Assembly: GCA_013265495.1 (NCBI GenBank)
Contig: MU058718.1
Span: forward strand, 558,001 to 622,000
Reading direction: 5' to 3'
Origin: Vicugna vicugna
Lineage: Eukaryota
Length of the DNA stretch: 64,000 bases
Below, piece after piece: positions 1-12,510 of the stretch. The notes beneath the pieces are model-generated. The model was given only the letters and a program-made list of their open reading frames with translations, was not told the DNA's origin and made no database searches. The position numbers and the translations under genes were made by a program. Within the stretch, counting starts at the first letter, position 1. Each line of letters opens with the position of its first letter.

Positions 1-140
1 ACTCTTTCTCATCTTCGTCCTCTTCAAGGCACCTCCAGTGGGCAGAGAAATGTGTGCTGATACGCATCGTGCTGTTGATTCGAGTTGTGCTGTTGGGAGC
101 TGCCTCCCCAGAGCACGGGCACAGGCAGCCGGGACGAGAC

Positions 141-159
141 TGTTCACCAGAGGGCGCCA
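141..159 (+). promoter_or_regulatory. CTCF-like motif
   Basis: TGTTCACCAGAGGGCGCCA has one mismatch to the core. Confidence 0.45.
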
Positions 160-1069
160 GCTGCCGCGCTGCTTCCATGCTCATTTCTGGAACCACTTGG
201 GCTGCCAGAATGTGACAGGAGATTTGTCAGGGGAAAGGTTTAAGGTGATCTTTTCTCCCTTGTTACGTCCACTGAACATGGTTTCAGTTTGGTTTCAGTT
301 AGGCCTGGGGGATTCTAGTCACCACGGTGCTACAAGGAACTGGCACAACACATCTCAGGATGGAGGGTTTTTGTGTGTGTGTGCACGTGCCAGCGCACTG
401 CACACGTCGGCTTGTAAGGTGCACGTGCATGTGCATGTGCATGAAGGATTCTGGGTTGTGAGTTCCAGGTTAGTTAGCATCCCCCTGGGGGGTGACTCTG
501 CCCTGAAACCACCAAGCCGCCCTAGGCTTCTCTGCCCTGAGCAGTCAGAATGCCTTACATCCAAATCCCACCTTCCTACCCTGGACCACAGCCTCTCCCT
601 GGCTCTGTTTCCCCCTCATTTCTCACCTCCCTGTGGCTTTAACTCTCTCTCCCCTGACAGGAGAAGGAAGGAATCCCCAAGACAATTCCGTGTCCCAGTT
701 CATCACAATCTACAGGCTCTTCCCTCTGCAGGGTGACATCCCCCAGCCCTTGCTGATCGAGGCACTTAATAGGCAGTGTCAGCGCCCTCTGCCTCCATCT
801 GCCTGCTCACAGCAGACACAGAGGGGCTAGAGGGCATTTTCTATGGCATCATCACGAGAGCTCACAGCTCCTGACATTTAGAACACGTCTCCAAGGCTAC
901 AGCAGTGGTTGCACATTCTGAAGGGAATGAAGACATGGTCAGACCACAGGCTGCCTGGGTCTGTGGGTGCTTCTAGCTGGAAGAGTGTGCTGGAAATGGC
1001 TGTGAGTTCTGCCTTTGTAGTTTATGACTCATGCCATTGACTGATGACGAGGTGTGGACTTGAGGTTTG

Positions 1070-1325
1070 TAATAATGATGATATTAACCACTAACCCTCA
1101 AGAGTACGTCTTATGTGTCTGGCACTGTTCTAGGTACTTTGCATGCATCACTCATTTGATCCTCTGAACTCATCAGGTATTTAGTACCCCACATAGGGTA
1201 TTACCCCCATGTCACAGATGGAGAAACTGAGGCACTGAGAGTCAGAGCCGTTTACCCAAGGACACACAGCTGGTAAGCAGTGTAGCTGGGAACTGAACTC
1301 AGGAAATTGGCTCTGAATCCCCAGG
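1070..1325 (-). mobile_element. MIR SINE
   Basis: Reverse MIR core: cagatggagaaactgaggcac...cccaaggacacacagctggtaag...gaactcagg. Confidence 0.85.
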
Positions 1326-2662
1326 GCTTTGAAGCTAGTCTTTTCAGTTTTGTAGCACTTTCTTCTAGGTGTCCAGATAGGGAGAAATCCCATTTTCAAG
1401 GTGAGAGAAGCCAGATTCCAAAATGGGCACAAAGCTTCCAGTTTCCTAGGATCTTGTCAGAGTCCTGGTCAAGGAATACCCCCTTCAGAATAAATATGAA
1501 AAGCAAAGCACTTGGAAATGTGCCTGAGTAGGGGTCTGGGGCACATCTGGGGAGCTGGAGGCCCTTTCCTGCTCAGGGGCCGAGGTCCCATGGGCCGCTT
1601 CTCTGAAGGGGCACCTGAGACCGCAGGAGGCAGCAGGAGAGGGGACACAGGAAGCAGCTCGTCCCTCTGGGGCTCCACGGGCTGCAGGGAGGGCGTGATT
1701 AAAGCTTCTCCGCTCCCCACACACCCAGTGGAAGTGGACAGGAGGCTGTCGTGGGCACTTCTGCTGCTCCAGCACCTGTTCCTTTTTCTTTTCTTGTTTG
1801 AGTCAGTCCCTCAAACAGTCAGGTGTGCTGGCTTCCTGCTGGCTCTCCACTGAACCCAGCCTTTGAATGGGAGACTGAGTCAGAGCAGCCTCAAACATGC
1901 CTGGAAGGTAAGGACTGCTGCTCATAAAGGCATTTTTTGTCGCATTAAATTCCCCTGCTTTGGAGTCTTTGAACCTGGAGTGATCCACAGGTTGCAGCCC
2001 AGCTGGAGATGTAGGATGAAAGAAACTGCTCTGCTCCGAGTCCAGAGGGAACTGACAGAGGAGTGTTTAACAAAGGTGAGGCTGGGCCTGGTTCTGAGGC
2101 CTGGTGATTCCACAGTGTGCCACGGGTGGGACAGGAGGTCGCCCGGCCACCCAGGACACCACCTGGTCCCGTGGCGCCACTTTAAGCTCCTCCAGACTTT
2201 GAGAGTTTGAAGAGAGAGAATGATCCCGGACAGTGACCAGAGTTTGTCACTGTGATGGGCTCAGGTGGGGATGGACAGATGGTTGGCCAGATAGGGACCC
2301 TAGGACATTACCCACCTGGGCACAGGGTAGGATTACACTTCCCTGTGCCTGTGAGTAGACAGTGAGGAGAACTCGGGGCTGAACAGTTGAAAACAGTGGC
2401 CCAAGATGGCTGTGGTGGGAGAGGCAGGAGGGTAGTTCCAGGAGCCCTGGGCAGTGTGCGGTGCCTGAGCATCGCCTCAATCTTAGTGAAAAGTGCCTCT
2501 GCCTGCGGCCCCCTCCTGCTTGGAGTCAAGGCCTCTTCTTAGCCCATTATGTCCCCAAGTTCCAGTTGGTGTTTGTTCTCTTGGACTGACTACATTTTAG
2601 TTCCATGGGGAGCACTCCATTTCGAAGCTGGGTGCCCTAGTTTGCCTTCCGTTTCCTCCTGG

Positions 2663-4964
2663 TGATCAAGTGGGATTTATCCCAGGGATGTAAGGAGTTT
2701 TCAATATCCACAAATCAATCAATATGATATGCCACATTAACAAACTGAAGAATAAAAATCAAATGATCTTCTCAATAGACACAGAAAAAGTTTCTGACAT
2801 AATTCAACATCCATTTATCAGAGGTCATGATCAGAAAGAGATATTAAAGAAACAATCCCATTTACCATAGCATCAAAAAGAACAAAATACCTAGGAATAA
2901 CCCTGCCTAAGGAGGTAAAACACCTGTACCCAGAAAACTATAACACCCTGGTGGCAGAAATTGAGCACAACAGCAACAGATGGAAAGATACACTGTGTTC
3001 ATGGATTGGAAGCACTAATATCGTTAAAATCACTGTACTACTCAAGGCAATCTACACATTCAATGCAATGTCTATCAAGTTACCAAGGGTATTTTTCACA
3101 GAAATAGAAAAAATAATTTAAAAATTTGTATGGAAACACAGAAGACCCCAAATAGCCAAAACAATCTTGGGAAAGAAGAACAGAGCTGGAGGAATCATGC
3201 TCCTGGACTTCAGACTATACTGCAAAGGTACAGTAATCAACACAATATGGTACTGGCACAAAAACAGACATATAGAGCAGTGGAACAGAATAGAGAGCCG
3301 AGAAATAAATCCACGCATTTATGGTCAATTAGTCTATGACAAAGGAAGCAAGAATATGAAATGGAGAAAAGAGTGTTTCTTCAATAAGTGTTCTGGGAAA
3401 ACTGGACAGCTACATGTAAAAGAATGAAAGTAGAACATTTGCTAATACCACATACAGAAATAAACTCAAAACAGATTAAAGACCTAAATATAAAATCAGA
3501 AACCATAAAACTCCTAAAGGAAAACATAGGCAGAACACTCTTTGACATAAATTGTTGCAATATTTTTAGGGATCTGTCTCTGTAAAAGAAATAAAAGCAA
3601 AAATAAATGGGGCCTAACTACACTTAAAAGTTTTTACACAGCAAAGGAAACCACTGACAAAATGAAAAGACAGTCTACTGAATGGGAGAAAACATTTGCA
3701 AGTGATATGACTGATAAGGAGTTAATATCCAACATATATAAACAGCTCATACAACTCAACATCCAAAAAAAAAAAAAAAACCACAACAACAAAAAAACCA
3801 AACCCCAAAACCAACCCCTTCCCGCAACCAAACAACTTGATTAAAAAAAGAGCAGAGGAACTGAACACTTTTCCAAAGAGGAAATGCAGACGACCAACAG
3901 GCACATGAAAATGTGCTCAACGTTGCTAATCATCAGGGAAACTGAAGTCAAAACCACAATGAGAAACAACAAGTCTTTCTACTTTATAGCACAGGGAACT
4001 ATATTCAATATCTTTTAGTAGCCTATAGTGAGAAAGAATATGAAAAGGAATATATGTATGTATATATATATGACTGAAATATTATGCTGTACACCAGAAA
4101 CTGACACAACATTGTACACTAACTATACTTCAATTTTTAAAAAATGGGAAAAAAAACCCACAATGAAATATCACCTCATACCTGTCAGAAGGGCTGTCAT
4201 CAAAAAGAACACAAATAAATGTTGGCAAGAATGTGGTAAAAGGCAATGCTCGTATGCTGTTGGTGGGAATGTAAACTGGTCCAGCCACTGTGGAAAACAT
4301 TGTGGCGGTTTCTCAAAAAAATAAAAATAGAACTACCATATGACCCAGCAATTCCACTCCTGGGCACATATATATATATATATCTGATAAAACCGAAAAT
4401 GCTAATTTGAAAAAATACATGCACCCTAATGTTCACAGCAGCACTATTTACAATTGCCAAGATATGGAAGCAAACTAAATGTCCATCAACAGATGGATAA
4501 AGAGGATATGATACACACATACAATGGAATATTACTCAACCATAAAAAGGAATGAAACTGTACCATTTGCAGCATGGATGGACTTGGAGGGCATTATGAT
4601 AAGTGAAATAAGTCATAGAAAGACAAATACTCTATGATATCACTTACATAGGGAATCTAAAAAACATAACAAACTAGTGAATATAACAAGAAAGAAGCAG
4701 ACTCACAGACATAGAAAACAAACTAATGGTTACCAAAGAGGAGACAGAAGGGGGTAGGGAGAAGACAGGGTAGGGGATTAAGAAGTACAAACTACTAGTA
4801 CAATGTATAAAATAAGCTACAAGGATCTATTGTACAACACAGGGAAAGTAGGCAATATTTTGTAGTAACTATGAATAGAGTATAACCTTTAGAAATTGTG
4901 AATTACTGTTTTGTATACCTGTAACGTACATAGTATGATACATCCACTATACTTCAATTAAAAA
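2663..4964 (+). mobile_element. 5'-truncated LINE-1 (3' part of ORF2 plus 3'UTR), decayed, with an internal deletion near 2820
   Basis: ORF2-like peptides ([50 protein letters not shown]), typical L1 3'UTR ending ...tatacttcaattaaaaa; several frameshifts. Confidence 0.93.
3965..4154 (+). mobile_element. Short younger L1 3'-end fragment nested in the L1 above
   Basis: aacaag...tatagcacagggaactatattcaatatc...ctatacttcaat plus A-tail; flanked by near-duplicated aaaccacaatgaga / aacccacaatgaaa. Confidence 0.85.
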
Positions 4965-5039
4965 GTCCCCCCCAAATTCCCCAGGAGTTGGGAATTGGCG
5001 AGATGGGGACCCCAGGACCTTACCCACCTGGGCACAGGG

Positions 5040-5352
5040 TAGGACTGCGCTGCCCAGCTCCCTTGAAGTCAGATGTGGCTGAGTGACTCGTTCTGGCTGA
5101 TAAAGCAGGAGCCGCAGGGACACTTCTGGTGGAAGCCTCTTCCTTCTTTTCCTCTGGCCCAGCAAACATCAATGCTCCAGGTGGTGGTAGTCGTGCCAGC
5201 CTTGGTTCCAGAGTAAGCTGTGTGGGGCGGAGGCCCCAGGTGACCTGAGATGGACGTGCAGCTCAGTGAGAAATAAGCCTTTGTGGTTTTAAGTCACTGA
5301 AATTTTAGGGACATCTGTTACTGCAGCATATCTAACTTATGCTGACAGATAC
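5040..5352 (+). mobile_element. MaLR (MLT1-like) LTR remnant
   Basis: cccagctcccttgaagtcagatgtggctgagtgact...aaataagcctttgtggttttaagtcactgaaattttagggacatctgttactgcagcata, a typical MLT1 3' end. Confidence 0.7.
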
Positions 5353-5707
5353 GTGATAATCAGACTGTGTGTTCTGTATCCCGAGCAACAACATTCATTA
5401 ATCTAATTAACGAACACAACTTCCAAAAACAGTCTTTGTGGTATGCATTGCAAGTGCCATCGCGTGTCAGTGAGGGGAGAAACCTGGGAAGTGACTCTGA
5501 GCCTGTGGAAACGCCACTGCTTATTCTGCCCAATTTAGAGACCTCTCAGAGGCTGTGCCCAAGTGCTGTGATGGGTCAGGTGCTTGTTCTTAGTTCTCCA
5601 TTGAGTCAATGGAAACAGCTGTCTTTTTACCCTCATCTATCAAAGAGGCAGAAGCATGGTCACATCATGGACCACTTCGGTAAACAAGGAGAAACTGGTC
5701 CCCTTAC

Positions 5708-5875
5708 TGCATGTTTCTCACACTTAGCTGCACATTCGAATCAACCCGGAGTTTAAAACCCCCATACCCGGGCTGTGCCCCAGGGAAACATCAGAATCTC
5801 TGGAGGTGGGACCAGCATGAGCAGCTGGTAAAGCTCCCCCACGTGATCAGTGCGTGCCAGGCTGAGCACCGCAGC
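5708..5875. mobile_element. MER5-like hAT-Charlie MITE
   Basis: ttctcacacttagctgcacattcgaatca...atcagaatctctggaggtgggaccagcat...aagctccccc..tgat. Confidence 0.6.
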
Positions 5876-6099
5876 CACCAAAGCTCCTCTTCCTCCAACT
5901 GGGCCCATATTTTAACCAATTATTTGAGGCAGTCATTTTGTAGAATTCTCCTGCCTACCTGTAGCCATGGGTCTAAGGCTGCAACAGATATTGGAAAGAA
6001 AAGGCCTGGAGATTCACCACAGTCTCCTAAGTGTGAATGCTCATATGGGGAGGTCTCAAAGCCTGACAGCCAGTCATGGTCCCCTCCTGGCAGGATTTG

Positions 6100-6285
6100 A
6101 GGGTAGACAGACCTGGACTTGAGCCCCTGACCTGCTCTTCCCCGTAGGAGTTCTGTGACCTTAGACAAGCTGCTTGACATCCCTGAGCCTCAGTTTCCCC
6201 ATCTGCAACGTGGGGATAATCTAATGCCGACTTTACTGGCTTAGCACACTGATCTGTGCATAATTACTAGCTCTTTATTATTTCT
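6100..6285 (+). mobile_element. MIR SINE
   Basis: tgtgaccttagacaagctgcttgacatccctgagcctcagtttccccatctg core. Confidence 0.8.
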
Positions 6286-6289
6286 CCCA

Positions 6290-6705
6290 GGTGACTTGCA
6301 TTGAATGATGAGGTATGTCCAGTAACATAACAACTCCATCTGCTGCCCTTCCAGCCTCGCCCCCCCCACGCGCGGACCCCCCCCCCCCAGCTCAGTCTTT
6401 ACCTGTGAATGGAACCTCAACTCCCCAGATGCCCAAGCCAGACACTGGGGAGGCATTTTGGACTCTTCAGCCTCTTTCTCAGTCCCCACATTCAGACATT
6501 CAGCCCATTGTCAATCATGCTGCTGCTGCCCGCTAAGAACCTCGTAGATCCCTCCCATTCCCCCACCCCTCTTGCCCCTCCCTCGAGCTTGTGCATTGTC
6601 TGAATGATGCAGAAGCCCCTGGAGGGTCCCTCAATGCCCCTTTGCCTCTCCTCCAATCCATTTCCCAAAATGTAGTCAGAGTGATCTTGCTAAAATATAA
6701 ATCTC
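6290..6705 (+). mobile_element. Degraded LINE-2 fragment
   Basis: ctccaatccatttcccaaaatgtagtcagagtgatcttgctaaaatataaatct resembles the L2 3' region. Confidence 0.5.
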
Positions 6706-7099
6706 CCTACTAGATAGGTATTAAAGCAAAAATTTAAGTTGTAATAATTAAAACAGTAGGGGGTGCTAGTGGATGCACAAACATATCAATGGAAAGAAAA
6801 ATAGGAAGTCCAGAAATAGACCCACACAGAGGAAGCTGGTACATTGCAAAAGTGGAATTTCGAATCAATGGAGGAAAGACATGATTCAATGAACAGCACA
6901 GGCACAAACGGGTAGCAACTTTGCATAGAAATAAAACTGGATCCGTACTTCATACTTTACACAAGGTATGGTTCAAAGGTATAAATGCAAAAAAGTACTA
7001 CAGGAAAACATAGTATATCTCAAAGCAGAGAGGGCCTTTTAAAGTAAGATTCAAAGATCCAGCAGCCAAAAAAGAAAAGATCAAGAAATTCAACTACAT

Positions 7100-7550
7100 T
7101 ACTGAGCCATAAAAAAGTATGAAATAATTCTATTTGCAGCCAACATGGATGGTCCTGGAGATTATCATACTAAGTGAAGTCGGACAGAGAAAGACAAGTA
7201 TCATGATATCACTTATATGTGGAATCTTAAAAAAATGATACAAATTTTACTTACAAACCAAAATAGACTCACTGACATAAAAAACAAACTATGATTACCA
7301 AAAGGGAAAGGGCAGGGGAAGAATAAATTAGAAGTCTGGGATAGACACACATTACTATATATAAAGTAGATAAACAACAAGGACCTACTGTATAGCACAA
7401 AGAACTATATTCAATGTCTCGTAATAGCATATAGTGAAAAAGAATCTGAAAAAAATATACATATGTATATAACTGAATCCCTTTGGTGTATACCTGAAAC
7501 TAACATTGTAAATCAAGTCCACTTCAATAGAAAATAAAATTTAAAAAAAA
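7100..7550 (+). mobile_element. Younger L1 3'-end insertion with a perfect 17-bp TSD
   Basis: TSD aagaaattcaactacat at 7083-7099 and 7551-7567; L1 3'UTR sequence and A-tail lie between. Confidence 0.92.
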
Positions 7551-7981
7551 AAGAAATTCAACTACATCAAAAAAATTCTCTATGGAAACAATTATCATAG
7601 GCAAAAGACAAACTGCGAAAAATATTTTAACTCCTATCACAGACCAAAGGTAATTTCCACAATATACAAAGACCTTCTAGCAATTATTCGAAAAAGACTG
7701 ACAACCTGATAGTAGAACGGGCAAATACATGGACAGATAGTTCAAAGGAAATTACGAATGGCTATTAACTGTATAAAAATATGCTCAACCTCACTCACAA
7801 AGAGAAATGCAAATGAAAAGGACACCTTTGGTTTTTCACCTATTAGATTGGAAAATATTTTGAAAAAATTGGTGATATGGGATTTGTGAGAGAGTGAGAA
7901 ATGAAGCGCTGTCATAGCTGCTGTTAGTATAAATCTATGGAAGGCAGCCTGGGAAAAACCAGCAAAATAACAGATGATACC

Positions 7982-8364
7982 TGTAATAGTTAATCTGTCA
8001 ACCTGGCAAGGCTCTGGTACCCAGTTATTTAATCAAACACTAATGAAGGTGTTGCTGTGAAGGTATTTTACAGACGTGGTTAACATCTACAGTCAGTTGA
8101 CATCAATTAAAGGAGATTACCCTTGATGACGTAGGTGGGCCTCAGGCAAGCAATTGAAGGTCTTAGGAGCAAAAACAGGTTTCTAGGGGAAGGAGAAATT
8201 CTGCCTTAAGGCTGAAGAAGTATCAATTCCAGCCTGAGTTTCCAGCCTGCTGGGCTTCCTTACAAATTTCAGACTTGCCAGCCCCTGCAATTGAGTAATC
8301 CCTTAAAAATAAATCTCTCTCCTCTCTCTTACTGGTGCGTCTCTGGAGAACACGGACTGATTTA
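7982..8364 (+). mobile_element. MLT2-like (ERVL) solo LTR
   Basis: Starts tgtaatagttaatctgtcaacctgg; internal ggtgttgctgtgaaggtattt and cagcctgagtttccagcctg; AATAAA; ends ctctggagaacacggactgattta. Confidence 0.82.
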
Positions 8365-8894
8365 AAACCCTTTAATCTAGCAATTCCACTTTCCCACTTG
8401 TGGGAAACGACCCATGTCCAGTGGATGCCATCGTAGCAGTGTCTGTAGCAGAAAGGATGCAGGCAGCCTGCGTGCCCATCAGCACGGGGCCCGTGGAGAA
8501 GTCGCCTTAGCCCAGAGTGGAGTCCTGCGCAGCCATCAAAAGTACGAGGCAACGATAGAGAGCGGTTTCCAGAACCGATTTAAGTAAAAAAAGAAAAATA
8601 CCACACAAGGATGAACAGCGTGCATGTTAATGCCCTTGTGCATATAAAAAGGAAGACGATATATCAGTGTTCGTAACTGTATAAAATATCTCTTGGTGGC
8701 TACGCAAGAGACTAACTCCGAATGCCTCCAGGGAGGGGGCTGGGTGACTGGGGCGTGGGGCAGGAGGAAGGCTTTTCACTTACATTCTCTGTTCTACAAA
8801 CCAAAAAAGCCTTACCTCTGGTCATATGGCTCGCGGGCAAGGGCAGCTAGTCCTTAAGGGAGAGTCCACACTCTACCCCGGTCGACGAGGCCCT

Positions 8895-9030
8895 TTACAT
8901 TCCTGCTGTTGGCTCCATTCCATCCCCGGCCCCCAAACCCTCCACTCCCATTTCTCCATTCCAGTCGTATGTTACTTATTTCAGTCCCTCAGACTCACCT
9001 GCTCTCTCCTGCCCGCAAATCTGGAATGCG
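8895..9030. promoter_or_regulatory. TEAD (M-CAT) motif cluster in a CpG-enriched patch
   Basis: CATTCC(A/T) at 8898, 8916 and 8957, and reverse at 9022. Confidence 0.4.
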
Positions 9031-10771
9031 CCACAGGCTCTCTCCAGGAACTCCTACTTCTCCCCGGGGTCGCTCATTTTCTGCGAAGGAAGCTGGGCGG
9101 CTCCGCAGGGGATTGACTTCCGTCTGCTGGGAGGAGCTCAGCAGCCCTGATTCCCTCTCCTGCCCCCTTGTGGACACTCTGACCCCTGGGCGCGCATCAT
9201 TCAGGCTGAGACTGAGGGACCCCCCTCCGCGGGCCGGCTGGGGCATCTCAGGTTTTCTCTTGTTGGCATAGGACAGATGGCTCACTGTCCCTGGACTTCA
9301 CCTACCCTGTTCAGAAGGAACTTGGCGCTTGTCCCTTGCAAGGTGTCCTCTGGCTCCAGACATGCGGCTGGCCAGCACCAGGTTTCTAGGAAATCCCAGT
9401 TGTGTGAGGAAGACAGCAAACCTGGGGCCTGCCCTACTGAAGTCTTTTGGGAGGGGTGGGTTGGACATGAACACTTTAGAAGCACCCCTGAATAAATACA
9501 GTGACTGGTGAAGAGGGCTGGATTCTGTGTTTTAGGAGACCAAAGTGGAGCAGGTTAGGAGATGGAGTCCTCCAGATCCCAGAGCACTGGACCAGGAGAA
9601 AACCCACAGGGTGTGTGCTCTGTGCATTTGGTAACGGAAGGAAGGAAATAATTTGTCATATATGCATTTTATTTCTTGCATCCACAATTTACTGTCTTTG
9701 GACATATACCAGCTTCAATGAGTAACAGGGTCATAGGTCAATGCCAAAGGAGACTCAGTCAGGTGCAGGTAATGGAAATCCATGTTTAGTTTTTCGCCAG
9801 GGAACAGATCTAGGCTAAGCGTGACAGAAAGCAAAGTGGAGAGGTCTAACTGGGCTGATCTTGGGGTTTTGTAGATTTACCTGACTTCGTTCTTGAGCTC
9901 GGTAGAATTTTATGCATGGAAAACTGGAACTATCTCCCAAGGACATTGGCACAAACAGGGACACCCAGTCCCGGCCGTGGTCCCCACAGGGAAGTTTAAC
10001 TGGAACCTCTTGACTGTCTTGAGTTCCAGTAGCTCTGGTGGGACCGTTTCACTCACCAAAGCTCTGATTCTGTTTCTCCTGGATTAGACTTAAAAACATA
10101 AAACCTCAAAAAACTGTGGAACACACTATTTGAAAACATGTGCTCTGAGTCAAATGTAAACACAAAGCTGTCTTTTTATAAAGTCTGAGCTTTATAAGGT
10201 TGCCAAAATGTTTCTCAGTCGGTTTTAAAAATTGAAGTAGAAACCACTGAAGAGTGAAAAATATTCCATGGAGGAAATTCTCAGACACTGAGTTGCCAGG
10301 TCTATATCACAGAGAAGTCACTGTCTGTGCCTAAGAGCCCCTTGGGCAAGGCTGTTGGGTGGCGCTGGGGAGGACACTGAACGATCACTTGCTCCAGTGG
10401 AGCCCCTTGGTCATAACTGAGATGTCGTGCTGGCATCTGCCAAAGTTTCCAACTTCCCGGGCATCTACATACATGTTCATGGGTCCCCAGTGTGTGGACG
10501 CACCCCCACAGTCAGAGGAGCCACCTGGACCAGAAACTGAGAGTGAGGAGTGTGAAGACCATGGTCTCAGGGTTGCCGTGGAAACAGTGCTCTGTCACGT
10601 GCCCCATTTCCAAAGACTCTAGGTTTGGGCTCTAACCTCCCACTACTAGTCCCATTATTACCTTCTTATTACCTTTGGACTCTCCTCTTCTTCCACTTCC
10701 TTCCCCCTTTCTCAAATATTACACTCTTAGAAATGACTAGTGAACAAAGAATTTGCCATTTAAAATAAAAA

Positions 10772-10875
10772 AATTTGAGGGGGAGATAATTGGCTTTATT
10801 TGATGGCAGTGCTGGGGATTGAACCCAGGATGTTGTGTATGCTAAGCACTGTGCCACTGAGCTATACCTGCCCCC
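10772..10875 (-). mobile_element. tRNA-derived SINE, camelid Vic-1-like
   Basis: Minus strand: GGGGCAGGTATAGCTCAGTGG (A box)...GGGTTCAATCCCCAG (B box)...AAAGCCAATTATCTCCCCC tail, matching the camelid SINE as I recall it. Confidence 0.8.
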
Positions 10876-12399
10876 TGCCCCGTATGTGCCGTTCTTGAGC
10901 CAACTTCTGGGCGTCCCTTAGACTTCTCTGCTGTGTTGCCGGCCTTGTTGGCCCTGGTGGAGGGGAGATGTTAGTGGCAGGATTCGCACATTGATCTTGC
11001 AGGCTGACCCCAGAACTTAGGGAGCCAGAATGGGTCTTTTTTTTTTTTTTAAAGCAATTTGACAGAATTATTTTGTCTCTTGAATATAGCACAAGACTGG
11101 GGGATTGTTAGTTTTTTAAAAAACTGTATTCTACAAATGAATTGGACTATGTGGCTTGGAAGTAAACATCCACTCTTACAACTAAAATTCACATGTGGTT
11201 TGAGAAGCCCTGAGTGGGCTACAGGTGAGGATCCAGAGGCTGACATGCCCAGGCGAGGGGTAGTTTTAGTTTTGTGATGTATGGATGGAAAACAGAAAAT
11301 GGAAGTCCTTGTGGAAGCCTGTGGAACAACACCTGTGAGATCGGTGCTGAGCTGGATGTGCTAGCCATGCCCACTGGGGAAGGGGGCCTGGAAGAAGTGC
11401 GGGCTTCTGGGGGCCCAGGGTCACCCTGACCGTTCATCTTTCTAGAGAAGGATTAGGTTCTGGTTATGGATGAGATTTTCGCCTCCCCCAGGCCCTCCCC
11501 TCAGCCTCTGGGTACAATAGGACTTGGGCTGATCAGGAGTCAGGGCCACACCCAGATGTAGTGACTGTTCAAGGGACCAAACCAAGGTACTTTCCCAGGG
11601 TTTGGATCCTTCCTGAAAAGCCCCCATGGCGCTGTTCTCATTAGCCTGGAGAGTATGAGTTGATCGTACCATCTTGCCCCTTCTGGGTTCCTGGCTCAAA
11701 CCCACTGCAGTCTCTTCCAAGCCAGAATGCTGTATAGGTGCTCATCCCCCTTTAATAAACGCAATTAAACCTCTTTTGGGGAGGGGGCAGTTCGGTGAAG
11801 TCCTAAAAGCTTTACTGTATGGGTAAGCTTTTTTCCAGGATTGAAGAAGCCATTACAAAGTTTGCAAACAAAGAGCCACAGCTTTGCTGATGAAAATTGC
11901 TAACTAACCCCGTTTCAGGCACTGTGCAGAGCCCTTTACGGTCCCTCTAATCTCACAAATCTCCTATTTCCCCTCATTCCACACATTTCAAAAGTGAGTC
12001 TCAACTCTTCACTTATACACTCTCCCTTCCCCTTTAGAATATTCTTGAGTCATACACTGAGATACAGCTCATTTGGGTTATGGGAATTTAACTTCAGGAG
12101 GAATTTCATTTAATGTCTCAGTTTATGAGGCATCTCTTCATGTTTCCAGGGATTATTTTGGATTTTTCAAGTCTCTTGAGCAGCTTGAGACTGGTGAAAA
12201 GAGAGTCATCATGTGCTCATTGTCATAATATTAAGCTGTGGTTGCCTCAGAGAAATCTCGGGTTGCTAGGTTTTAGTGGTAACAACCTCTATATCCTATG
12301 TCTCCTTTTGTCTTTACTTTTTTCGGGGTGGAGTTGTAGGACTAATTTACATAACCTTAATTACATAAACCTTGAATATCATAGGCCAAAACTCAAATC

Positions 12400-12510
12400 A
12401 AACACAAGGCTCAGAGAGGTTAAGGAACTTGCTTAAGATCACAAATCCAGAGAATACTGGAGCCAGAATTCAAACTCAGGGTGGTCTCTCTAGCCATATG
12501 CTTAACTGAC
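12400..12510 (-). mobile_element. MIR fragment
   Basis: aaggctcagagaggttaaggaacttgcttaagatcaca...gccagaattcaaactcagg. Confidence 0.7.

Larger units (their letters stand above)
6710..8790 (+). mobile_element. Ancient L1M element (ORF2 end/3'UTR) interrupted by a younger L1 and an MLT2 LTR
   Basis: A-rich decayed L1 motifs (gaagtccagaaatagacccacac; atgctcaacctcactcac; ctagcaattccact) continue on both sides of each insertion. Confidence 0.7.

Noticed and set aside
372..443. Alternating purine-pyrimidine run with CACGTG palindromes
   Set aside because: Best explained as a decayed (TG)n/(TGCA)n microsatellite.
38..736. 232-aa ORF
   Set aside because: Non-ATG start, runs through TG/TGCA simple repeats, no recognisable domain or splice structure.
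1025..1882. AP-1 sites (1025, 1799, 1876; also 46371, 46580)
   Set aside because: 7-mers are scattered throughout the window; not enough to call an enhancer.
3130..3844. L1 ORF2-like ORFs as a functional gene
   Set aside because: Frameshifted, 5'-truncated and internally deleted.
10800..10875. tRNA gene
   Set aside because: A and B boxes are present, but the cloverleaf is degenerate and followed by a SINE tail.
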